From Octopus sinensis (lineage: Eukaryota): a DNA stretch of 20,253 nt. The translations under genes and the position numbers were made by a program. The notes beneath the pieces are model-generated. The model saw only the letters and a list, made by a program, of their open reading frames with translations, was not told the origin of the DNA and did no database searches. This document shows, in pieces, positions 10,945-19,735 of the stretch. Location of the stretch: the NCBI RefSeq assembly GCF_006345805.1, contig NW_021824014.1:1-20253 (forward strand). Direction: 5' to 3'. Numbering within the stretch: position 1 is the first letter of the stretch; each line of letters opens with the position of its first letter.

Positions 10945-11337
10945 ATGACGGCTGTTCATCGGGACCAAGGAAGACCACCACTGTCCATTCAGAACATTGA
11001 GCATCCAGAAAATTTATTCTTTACCCTTGAGGCTGCGCTGGTGACAAGTGATCCCAGCTCTTGATAGACATACACGTGTAGCTTCCCCCATTTATTACAC
11101 CAGCGGTGCGTTTCCAAGCAGCTCGCTTAAATTCTGTATGAAAAATACGTGTTTTTCCGAAACACACACTTCTTCCTTTACTCATTTCCTCCGTATGAGG
11201 CAAAGATAAGCATTGCTTTCCCAGTTGACTTCCCACATCTCACATGCCCTCAACGAGGACTTTACACAATCCTTAAATCTTAGTCTTGGTTTCTGCATGG
11301 GGGCAAACAAGTTCGTCCTTATAGCATACAGCATCAG
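10945..11337 (-). mobile_element. RTE-clade LINE 3' fragment (decayed ORF C-terminus plus 3' UTR)
   Basis: Minus translation MLY...QKPRLRFKDCVKSSLRAC...NWESNA, then with frameshifts EFKRAAWK and SRAGITCHQRS; resembles the RTE C-terminal pattern (RxKDxxKxxL...WExxAxDRxxWR, terminal Zn-finger-like SxxGLxxHxR). In-frame stop and frameshifts present. Confidence 0.8.
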
Positions 11338-11344
11338 CGTACAC

Positions 11345-11578
11345 ATATACATGCGCGTGCCTTGACATGCAACCACATGCATGAGAATACATACATAAAA
11401 CAAAACATACAAATCTATACATGCACTGACTCCAAATGCTGTACATGTACATACACATACATGTACAAATACCCTGGTGATGTTGCTGAAATTTCAATGA
11501 AGGAGCCTTGGATCTAGGTTAGAAACCGGCTCTTTCTCTATTGGCAAGAAATCTTGAAATAAAACTGAATAATGACAT
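11345..11578 (+). mobile_element. Probable 3' UTR/terminus of the R4/Dong-like LINE
   Basis: 11539-11569 is identical over 31 bp to 14133-14163, which is joined directly to the R4-like ORF; contains AATAAA. The left boundary is approximate. Confidence 0.65.
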
Positions 11579-11582
11579 GTAT

Positions 11583-11819
11583 ACTATTTATGGTGAATTA
11601 ATTCGGAACTTACAGCTCTTGTACCTTGACTATGAATTCTCATTTGTAGCCATTATCATAGTTGCATTAGGTTGTGTATCTACAAATTTACATAAAAGAA
11701 AGCTAGAAATACGAGGTTTTCCGAAGAAAGAACAAAAGAAACTGACGCGGGTCCTCCAAATCCAGTCTTTTAGTGGCACAATGAAGATCTGTAAGACATT
11801 CCAAAGATTTTCCAACTGA
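11583..11819 (+). mobile_element. C-terminal end of an R4/Dong-like RLE non-LTR ORF
   Basis: IYGELIRNLQLLY...FVAIIIVALGCV...LQIQSFSGTMKICKTF* fits the RLE C-terminus (KYxxL...PIIIGALG...LQ). Confidence 0.75.
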
Positions 11820-11994
11820 GATTCTTTACGTGAATAGACAGGTTTAACCAAAACACTCACTCAACCACATCCTTTCAAAGACGGGGAACTATTTTGTTTG
11901 CGACCGACTTGTACTCTCTTAAGAAGAACACGAAGAAAAAAACTGAAAGGCAAAACATTACATCCCATCGCCGACATTCACTTTGTGTAGTCCA

Positions 11995-12075
11995 TCCGCC
12001 ATTTGCCGAAGATGACACAAAGTGAAACCGAACTGGGAACCTCATGATGGCAAGATTGCAAAGCAAACTATCGAA
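11995..12075 (-). mobile_element. Degenerate SINE A-like head
   Basis: Reverse complement agtttgctttgcaat...catgaggttcccagttcggtttcactttgtgtcatcttcggcaaat resembles the SINE A head and CORE-like start. Confidence 0.45.
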
Positions 12076-12325
12076 GTATATTGCTTTACCAGAACCATAC
12101 CTGGGAAGTGAAAAGGTCAGCTTTATCACACATTGTGTGGCGCTAACTCTGCTTGAGGAGACAAGTGTGTGTGTATGTGTGTGTGTGTTTGCATAATTGC
12201 GTGTGTGTATGTGTGTGTGTGTGTTTGTATAAGTGTTTGCGTGTATTTGTGTGACTGTGTGCTTGCTTGTGTGTTTGTGTGTGAATATGTGTGATGGTGC
12301 TTGTGAGTATGTTTGTGTGTTTGTG

Positions 12326-12376
12326 TAACTGGTACTTAATTTATCGACCCGAAAGGATGAAAGGCAAAGTCGACCC
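12326..12376 (-). mobile_element. SINE family B central-domain fragment
   Basis: Reverse complement of ggtcgactttgcctttcatcctttcggg(g)tcgataaattaagtaccagtta (10728-10778). Confidence 0.9.
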
Positions 12377-12583
12377 ACTTATTAACAAAACTTCTGACGC
12401 TCTTCGGACCTCATTCAGAAGTTCTAATCGTCGCACTAACCGTAATCCCGTCCTCGTTTAGTGAACGTTTTTCAGAATAAAATCCCTAAAAAGCCTTCTT
12501 ATAAACTCGACATGAGCATCTTACGATTTCCCTTCTGGGTTTAGAGCTAGAATCCACTCAAAGACTCCAACTACCCTGATATA

Positions 12584-12884
12584 GTGGAGACACATGGCCT
12601 AGTTGTTAGAGCAGCGGACTCGCGGTCGAGGGATCGCGGGTTCGAATCTCAGATCGGGCGATATGTGTGTTTATGAGCGAAACACCTAAGCTCCACGCGG
12701 CTCCGGCAGAAAGTAATGGTGAACTTCTGCTGACTCTTTCACCACAACTTTCTCTCACTCTTTCCTCCTGCATCTTGCATCTCACCTGCGACGGACTGGC
12801 GTCCCGCCCAGGTGTGGAACCTATACGCCAAGGAAACCAGGAAACCGGCCCTTATGAGCCAGGCATGGCTTGAGAAGGAACAAA
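12584..12884 (+). mobile_element. SINE family C, full length, tRNA-derived, with 17-bp TSD
   Basis: A box tggcctagttg, B box ggttcgaatct, TCG at the anticodon-like position (tRNA-Arg-like); perfect TSD ccaactaccctgatata at 12567-12583 and 12885-12901; cctgcgacggactggcgtcccgcccaggt resembles the V-SINE domain (recall). Confidence 0.92.
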
Positions 12885-13381
12885 CCAACTACCCTGATAT
12901 AATGGTTGTTGCAGTAACATTGTCTTTTGTTTTTTTTTCTAATCCTCTTCTCCTTTGACGGCTTTTACGGCTGAATGAAACGTATGTGGGTTAAACTAAA
13001 GCATTTGAAGTATATCTCAGAAGTACTTTTCTAATAAATATTCAACACATACAAACACACACACAACATCTATATATATTCTGTATACATCCCACACTCC
13101 TTTCATGTTTCTCTTCCGTCCCACGTATTTGCCGAAAATAACTCTTTACTAGTTCCCGTAATCTTTCACTATATACGTTCACACTTTTATAGATTATTGA
13201 CAAAGAAAATCTTTTATGTTTAACTGAAGTAAAAGTTGATACGAACTGTTGTCAACTTTGCTTCTAACGTCATAAAAACGCAAAGAAAATATAGTTTACC
13301 AATAAAATTTCAGAAAGAGAAAAAAAAACGGCAAAGCAATTCTTGGTGACACACACAACCACTTGTTACTTCGGAACACAC

Positions 13382-13434
<53 letters not shown>

Positions 13435-13475
13435 ACACACACACACACACGTATACATAATATACACACATTCAC

Positions 13476-13690
13476 GCTGTTTTGGACCCGCTTTTTATAG
13501 TCTATATAAACGACATCCGAAGCGTCATCAAACACAGCAAAATAAACATATTCGCAGATGACTCGAAGCTCCAGAAAATTACCAATGGAGAAGAAGACCG
13601 AACTGAACTCCAGTCTGATCTCCATGCTGCAAGCCAATGAGCGACAGAAACAAAATGCGTTTAAATGAGGGAAAATTTGAACTCATGTTC
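13476..13690 (+). mobile_element. CR1/L2-like LINE reverse transcriptase fragment (decayed)
   Basis: Translation VLDPLFIVYINDI...IFADDSKL...LQSDL..SQ*AT, then after a frameshift KMRLNEGKFELM; FADD at 13551-13562, W->stop at 13638-13640. Not in the ORF track. Confidence 0.88.
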
Positions 13691-14171
13691 TCTGGAAAAA
13701 CGACTGAAGAAGACAGGAGAATTGACACGAAGTGCAGCCCCACTTAGACCCAAGACCACTACATCACACTTTGAAGGCTATGCGTGTGCAATCCAGGAAC
13801 AGGAGTTTGCCACAAAGTACCTGGCGAACAAGAGGAACAGAGACGCTCTCGTAATTCCAAGGTGCAACTGCATGACTAGGGTATGTCATGTTTCTGTGGA
13901 AGACATCAGGCATATGATTAGCAGCTGTCCTAAAATGTCACGGTACTTCCTTCCTATGCGGTACGATGTTGCTGCTAAAGCAATTTACAATACCATCCGC
14001 ATGAAGGACTGTCCAGAAATAAACTTAGAAAACCCCTCTGTTATGGAATACATTCATAAACACCAACTCAAGGAATACTGGTGGAATATTCCCATCAAAA
14101 CCTCTGTCAAACGTAAAACATAACAGACCGGATATTGGCAAGAAATCTTGAAATAAAACTGAACAATGGCA
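13690..14171 (+). mobile_element. R4/Dong-like RLE non-LTR retrotransposon fragment (Zn knuckle to PD motif) joined to its 3' terminus
   Basis: TSHFEGYACAIQEQE...RVC...EDIRHMISSC...MRYDVAAK (RHD-like)...YWWNIPIKT, then after a frameshift HNRPDI (14119-14136): CCHC-RHD-PD order of restriction-like endonuclease LINEs. Confidence 0.85.
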
Positions 14172-14199
14172 GATATGCACGCATCTTGAGAAATTAGGA

Positions 14200-14541
14200 T
14201 CCTTGAAAGCAGATTGGTGGACGGAAACTGTGTGGAAGCCCATCGTATATATGTGTGTGTGTGTGCGTGCGTGTGTGTGTATGTTTATGTGTGTGTATGC
14301 CCTTGCGCTTGTGGTTGTGTTTGTCTTTCCCACCGTTTGTCAGCTGGTGTTGGTTTGTTTACGTCTCCATAGATCATCGGTCTGACAAAAGAAACCGATA
14401 GAATATTTACCAGACTAAAATATATAAATAAAAAAGTAAAAAAAAAGAAAGAAAACAAAAAAGAAAACTAATGCCGGAGTCGATTTGTTCGACTAAAGCC
14501 CTGGAAGGCGCTGCTCCAGCATGACCGCAGTTCGATGACTG
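14200..14541 (+). mobile_element. SINE family A, older 5'-truncated copy
   Basis: gacggaaactg...gaagccc...ccgatagaata...gtcgatttgttcgactaaa...tgctccagcatgaccgcag matches SINE A. Confidence 0.85.
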
Positions 14542-14659
14542 CATATGAATTGGTGAAGAAGCTCACAGCAGTCGTTCCTGTTACGCAATCCGAGATCAAT
14601 GGTAATCGATCAGTGTTACAGTGCACAAGTCTTCAGAAGAGTGCAGCTGTACCTAGGAA

Positions 14660-14840
14660 CACTAGCGTAGGTGGGATTGGGGGAGGGTAGGGGCGGCCCG
14701 CCCCAGGCGGCACTATTAAGGGAGCGGCACTTTTCATCTGGTAGGCTATTGCGGTAGGCAATATGTGTTTTTTTTGTGGGGTCCGGGGGCGGCAAACGGA
14801 AGGGCCGCCCCGGGCGGCACACACTCTAGCTACGCTAGCG
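14660..14840. mobile_element. Non-autonomous hAT-type MITE (181 bp)
   Basis: TIRs cactagcgtag / ctacgctagcg (10/11); perfect 8-bp TSD cctaggaa at 14652-14659 and 14841-14848. Confidence 0.85.
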
Positions 14841-15015
14841 CCTAGGAAGGAAGATATTTTGTGGGGTCTGGGGGCGGTAAACGGAAGGGCCGCTCCGGGC
14901 GCCACACACTCTAGCTACGCTAGCGCCTAGGAAGGAAGATATTTTGTGGGGTGCGGGGGTGGTAAACGGAAGGGCCGCTCCGGGCGGCACACGCTGGCGC
15001 CTACGAAGGAATATA
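14772..15015. repeat. 85-bp tandem triplication of the MITE right end + TSD + flank
   Basis: gtggggt starts at 14776, 14861 and 14946; the third unit has an internal deletion. Confidence 0.92.
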
Positions 15016-15060
15016 AAGGAATAATGGAGAGAGGGAAACGGAAGGAGATCTTTCCTCTTA

Positions 15061-15258
15061 TTATCTTTTACTTGTCTCAGTCATTCGACTGCGGTCAAGC
15101 TGGAGCACCACCTTGCGGAATTTTTGTCGTACGAATTGACCCCAAGACTTCCTTTCCGTTTTTTAAAACCTGATACTTATTCTATCGATCGCTTTTGCTG
15201 ATCTGCTAAGTTTTGTGGACATAAACACATCATCGCATTTTACCAAGAGGTGATGAGG
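15061..15258 (-). mobile_element. SINE family A, 3' half
   Basis: tcttttacttgtctcagtcattcgactgcggtcaagctggagcacc...tacttattctatcgatc is the reverse complement of the SINE A tail. Confidence 0.85.
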
Positions 15259-15274
15259 AACATCTATCTATCTA

Positions 15275-15412
15275 ACGGGAAAGTTTACAAAAATAGACAA
15301 AAGACGAAGCCAGGTGGAGTACAAACAAACAAATGTATTAGTATGGCGCTCAGGAATAGAAATAGAAAAAGTCTTCTACGTTTCGAGCCTAAGCTCTTCG
15401 ACAGAAAGATGC
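15275..15412 (-). mobile_element. Short Penelope-like terminal fragment with minimal hammerhead motif
   Basis: Minus 15409-15372: TCTTT-CTGTCGA-A-GAGC-TTAG-GCTC-GAAA-CG-TA-GAAGA; perfect 4-bp stem II, 5-bp stem I, palindromic ACGT stem III. Confidence 0.7.
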
Positions 15413-15535
<123 letters not shown>

Positions 15536-15849
15536 CGCCCGTGTGTGTATGTATGTGTTTGCGTGCGTATGTCAATGTATGTGTGTGCATGTTTGTATGT
15601 TTGAACTGAGAAGGACGCAATCTGGATCGAAAGAAATCCGTGCGAACCGACAGTTACTTAGAGAAACGCATTCAGAGACGAACGGAATAGACAAAAGGAT
15701 GCAGCGGAAAAAAGAAACAACAAAACAAAACAAAAATGTCTGAATTACAGGAAGTAGACAACATCCTGGGTTAATAAAAATATAAATAAATAACAATTTG
15801 TGCTGGTTTGTGGGCGTGTGCGTACATATGTAAGCGCTCTTGACGCATA

Positions 15850-15925
15850 GATGTGTGTGTTTGTGTGTATGCCCGGGTGCGCGAGCGTGCGTGTGTGCGT
15901 GTGTGTGTGCGTGTGTGTGTGTGTA

Positions 15926-15962
<37 letters not shown>

Positions 15963-16120
15963 GTATGTGCATATATATATATGTGTGTATAAATATATAT
16001 ATCTATATATAACATAGCTATATATATATATGTATATATACACACCCCACATGTATATATAAATATACATATACGTGCATACATAATATATACATACATA
16101 TATATATATACATACATATC

Positions 16121-16166
<46 letters not shown>

Positions 16167-16177
16167 CGCCCCACATG

Positions 16178-16218
<41 letters not shown>

Positions 16219-16220
16219 AT
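15850..16220. repeat. Compound (TG)n/(TA)n microsatellite
   Basis: Seen directly. Confidence 0.93.
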
Positions 16221-16413
16221 ACAGTATCTAGGACATCACCAACTAACGTGTTCTTTCTTTATAGAAGACAGCCGATGAGGCTATGAGGGCGATTTGGCCA
16301 CCATTTCTAACGGGCCGACCGACCACCTCGAAGCATCCCAGAAGCTTCGAGGTTGTCACAGTTTCTATGCTTCTTGTTTATTTGTAGATATCAACGTCTC
16401 AAACTAGACATTG

Positions 16414-16435
16414 ATGACGTCACCAATGACGTCAC
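16414..16435. promoter_or_regulatory. Two tandem full CRE palindromes
   Basis: ATGACGTCAC twice: TGACGTCA at 16415-16422 and 16427-16434, with CCAAT spanning the junction. Confidence 0.45.
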
Positions 16436-16737
16436 AGACGACTCCAGGGACGTTTGAAGTTTACTTTTTGCTGTTTTTTTATTGTTGTTTGTTACTGTTT
16501 TTATTTAAACTGCAAAACTATTTTTTTTTTACGGAACAGTAAACTTAGAGCAGCAATTATGAAGTGTGGCGATACATTATCATTCCCATGTCGAAGATTC
16601 CAGCATCTTTTTACATGATGGCCGTAGAGTTTAAAAGAGCAACGGAATAAAAGAATGAAAGAATATATAGAACATAATCTGAGACACATTTATTTGTGAC
16701 AGACTTAATCCGTTGTCCGGCTTAACATCATTCCCAT

Positions 16738-16889
16738 CGCCTCCGCTGCTGTCCCCACCACCACCACCACTACGATAACCGCCGCCACCACCGCCATCAC
16801 CACCACCATAACTCTCCATCACAGACTCCGTCGTCGCCTCCATCGCTAGCACCACCGTCACTGCTGTAACGACGACGACCACCACCACC
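16738..16889. repeat. Degenerate (CCA/CCG/ACG)n trinucleotide low-complexity tract
   Basis: Seen directly; gives the poly-G/poly-V ORF. Confidence 0.85.
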
Positions 16890-16970
16890 GGGCGGCATGC
16901 TGTACTCTTAAGCAAGACCCTTCATTTCATGTTGATCAAATCTACCCAGGTGAAAACTGGGTACCAGCTG
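16888..16970 (+). mobile_element. Old SINE core-like fragment
   Basis: gctgtactcttaagcaagaccctt...tctacccaggtgaaaactgggtacc resembles generic SINE central domains (recall only). Confidence 0.4.
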
Positions 16971-17200
16971 AATTCTGATGAATCTTACACAAATCATTTG
17001 ATGCGTAAAATGTGACGTCTTAAACATATGACGATGCGTTATCAGATGCGTACAGGGGGAGAAGGGTGTCATGTCTTAAAGGAAGATCCCTGTGATGTGT
17101 ACAGTGGGGTCTCTTGAACGCTGAAACCCTCTGTCTGTGCTACACATCACAACGATGTATCTTGAAGATGTGTTACATTGTCAGAACAATAACCCAGTAA

Positions 17201-17430
17201 GGCGTCGAGCTGGCAGAATCGTTAGCACGCCGGGCGAAATGCTTAGCGGTATTTTGTCAGTCGCTACTTTCTGAATTCAAATTCCACCGAGGTCGACTTT
17301 GCCTTTCATCCTTTCGGGGTCGATAAATTAAGTACCAGTTACGCACTGAGGTCGATGCAATTAGTTTAATCCTTTTGTCTGTTATTGTTTGTCCCCCTCT
17401 ACGTTTAGCCCCTTGTGGGCAATAAAGAAA
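17201..17430 (+). mobile_element. SINE family B, full length, with 20-bp TSD
   Basis: Matches 10636-10868; perfect direct repeat tcagaacaataacccagtaa at 17181-17200 and 17431-17450. Confidence 0.95.
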
Positions 17431-17549
17431 TCAGAACAATAACCCAGTAACGGGTCAACAAGAGAGAGAAAGAGAGGCAGAGAGAGCTCCTATGTGGTCA
17501 TTCGACGTGCTAGAAATAGCGAACAGATCTTCCCAAATAACGATCTTTA

Positions 17550-17878
17550 GGCGCAGGCGTAGCTGTGTGGTTATGACGTTTGGTTCCCAAACAAATGGCA
17601 TTAGGTTCAATCCTCCTGCGCGGCAACTTGGGCGCTTCGTGAATGAATTTGGAAGAGAGAAAATCTGTCGTCTGCATGGGTGTCCCTTTGTGTTTCTGTT
17701 TGTTCCCGCCACAGTTTGACAATTAGTGTTGGTTCGTTTACGTCGCCGTAACTTAGCGGTTCGGTAAAAGAAGAATTACTAAACTTGAAATAGGCTCTGG
17801 ATTCGAATTGTTCGACTAAACCCTCCAAGGCGTTGCCCTAGCATGGCCATAGACCAAGGACTGAAACAAATTAAAGAT
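17550..17878 (+). mobile_element. SINE family A, diverged near-full-length copy
   Basis: ggcgcaggcgtagctgtgtgg head, ggttcaatcc B box, cgtaacttagcggttcgg, ttcgactaaa, gcatggcc...gactgaaacaa. Confidence 0.85.
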
Positions 17879-18014
17879 GGACGATAAAATCTATTCCCTT
17901 TAATATAAGAAGGAAATAGAGGCTAATATAGACCCGGATGTAGAAAAAGAAACATTTCTTGAAGAAAAGATAAGATGGTCACGGATGGAAAATGTCTCAT
18001 ATATAGGTCTACAT

Positions 18015-18444
18015 CAGTGCTCCGCAACCGGTAAGCCGCGGCACACTGGTGTGATACAATACGATGCTAGGTGTGCCGCAGTGTAACCTGAATATAATTT
18101 TCTTCCCTATACTGATCAGTGTAACCTGAATATAATTTTCTTCCCTATACTGATCTACGCCAGTGGTTCCCAAAGTGGATGGCACTGTCCCGCTGGAGGA
18201 AAGATCCAGAGGAGCGTTGAAGAAAAGTGGAGGCGATAATGAAGTGACCAAAAGGGGGAAATGGATGCAAAAACAGTAAAATAATGGGTTGATTAAGGTT
18301 AAGTTTTATTGGTGAAATAAATAGTTTTGAATTTGTTGCTGAACTTAAGTTGTGTTTGTGGTGGGGAGTGAGAAGGATACTGGTACTAGGAATGTGGCCT
18401 GAGTGCCGAATGGGCGGCAACACTGAAAAGTTTCGGACCCTCTG
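18015..18444. mobile_element. Cluster of hAT (Buster/Charlie-like) transposon ends
   Basis: Left-end-like cagtgctccgcaacc (18015) and cagtggttcccaaag (18161), each preceded by an NNNTANNN 8-mer (gtctacat, atctacgc); right-end-like gtttcggaccctctg ends at 18444, followed by gtccacag. Confidence 0.6.
18079..18154. repeat. Perfect 38-bp tandem duplication
   Basis: cagtgtaacctgaatataattttcttccctatactgat at 18079-18116 and 18117-18154. Confidence 0.97.
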
Positions 18445-18749
18445 GTCCACAGGATCTGGGTTGACGCAGAGTTAAATGAATGTTTCCCTTGACTAAAATG
18501 CAACATCAATTGTTGAGCGTTCTCTGTGTCCGATGACGCCATATTTGAACTAAAGAATGAAGACAGGATGGTTACTACTTGAATCTCCAAAAACGATAAT
18601 TCAGAGATCTGCAATTTAGTGTTACGTATCATAAATGTGGCATTTGCTCTGGTAAATTGATCTGCGAGTTGTGTGGTGCGCAACAACGCGTCGCAGTGTC
18701 AAATCCTTGACACACAGTTCAATACCATGCAAACTCTGGATAGATCGTC

Positions 18750-19041
18750 TGACGTCACTGCATACGACACATTGATTAGACTGTAGTAACCGGTGTCACC
18801 CTGTTTGATGTCACTGCAGATATTTCATCCCCGGACATGGCTGTGGGCTGTAGTAACCGGTGTCACTCTGATGTCACTGCAGATGTTTCATCCCAAGGCA
18901 TGGCATTGGACTGCAGTAACCGGTGTCACCCTGTTTGATGTCACTGCAGATATTTCATCTCTGGACATAGTATTGGACTGTGGTAACCAGTGTCATCTAT
19001 ATTGATGTCACTGCAGATATTTGATCCCAGGACATAGCATT
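18750..19041. repeat. ~67-bp minisatellite, about 4.5 units
   Basis: Units start at 18781, 18848, 18911 and 18978 (67, 63, 67 bp); core gtaaccggtgtca...tgatgtcactgcagat. Confidence 0.93.
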
Positions 19042-19331
19042 TTCTAATATTTGTAGAAATTGATTCACGCAAGCGAAGTAAGTAGATTTATGGATGAACA
19101 GAGGTTGGGAGAGAGACAGAAAGAGAGTTAGAGACGGAAGGAAAAAGAAGGAAGAGAAATCGGTACAAACAGAGGGTGAGAAATAAAGAGAAAGAAGGAC
19201 TGGATGTAACCCAGTTCCATCAATGCGAAGCGAACATCTTTGGTTTCTCACTGAAACACCGGAGAACTTGGATGATGACATCTCTTTAAGAGGAATTCAT
19301 ATCCTTGATTTAATTAAATTATATATAATTT

Positions 19332-19735
19332 AGGGAGTGACTGTATGGTAAGTAGCTTGCTTACCAACCACATGGTTACGGGTTCAGACCCACTGCGTGG
19401 CACCTTGGGCAAATGCCCACTAATATAGACTCGGGCCGACCAAAGCCTTGTGAGTGGATTTGGTAGACGGAAACTGAAAGACGTCTGTTGTATATATGTA
19501 TGTGTGTGTGTGTATATATGTATGTATGTCTGTGTTTGTACCCGCCCCCAACATCGCTTGACAACCGACGCTGGTGTGTTTACGTCCCCGTAACTTAGCG
19601 GTTCGGCAAAAGAGACGGATGGAATAAGTACTAGGCTTACAAAAGAATAAGTACTAGGCTTACAAAAGTCGATTTGCTCGACTAAAGGTGGTGCTCCAGC
19701 ATGGCCGCAGTCAAATTACTGAAACAAGTAAAAGA

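Noticed and set aside
12389-12423. Fifth hammerhead candidate on the minus strand (aacttctgaatgaggtccgaagagcgtcagaagtt)
   Set aside because: The 9-bp inverted repeat is real, but the core boxes are non-canonical (no GAAA), stem II is too short and stem I overlaps the core.
12584-12660. tRNA-Arg(TCG) gene
   Set aside because: No good acceptor stem or oligo-T terminator; continues into a SINE body bounded by a TSD.
3600-13440. Recurrent single-base interruptions (cacaCCacac) in (CA)n tracts as a signal
   Set aside because: More simply slippage mutations or long-read consensus indels.
13665-14123. Functional 152-aa host gene
   Set aside because: It is a frameshifted retrotransposon fragment; its ATG derives from an out-of-frame CR1-like RT remnant.
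16631-16915. Gly-rich protein ORF
   Set aside because: Explained by a trinucleotide low-complexity tract; it starts in a SINE-like fragment.
18750-19041. CRISPR-like 63-67 bp periodicity
   Set aside because: Whole units are homologous, so it is a minisatellite with no unique spacers.
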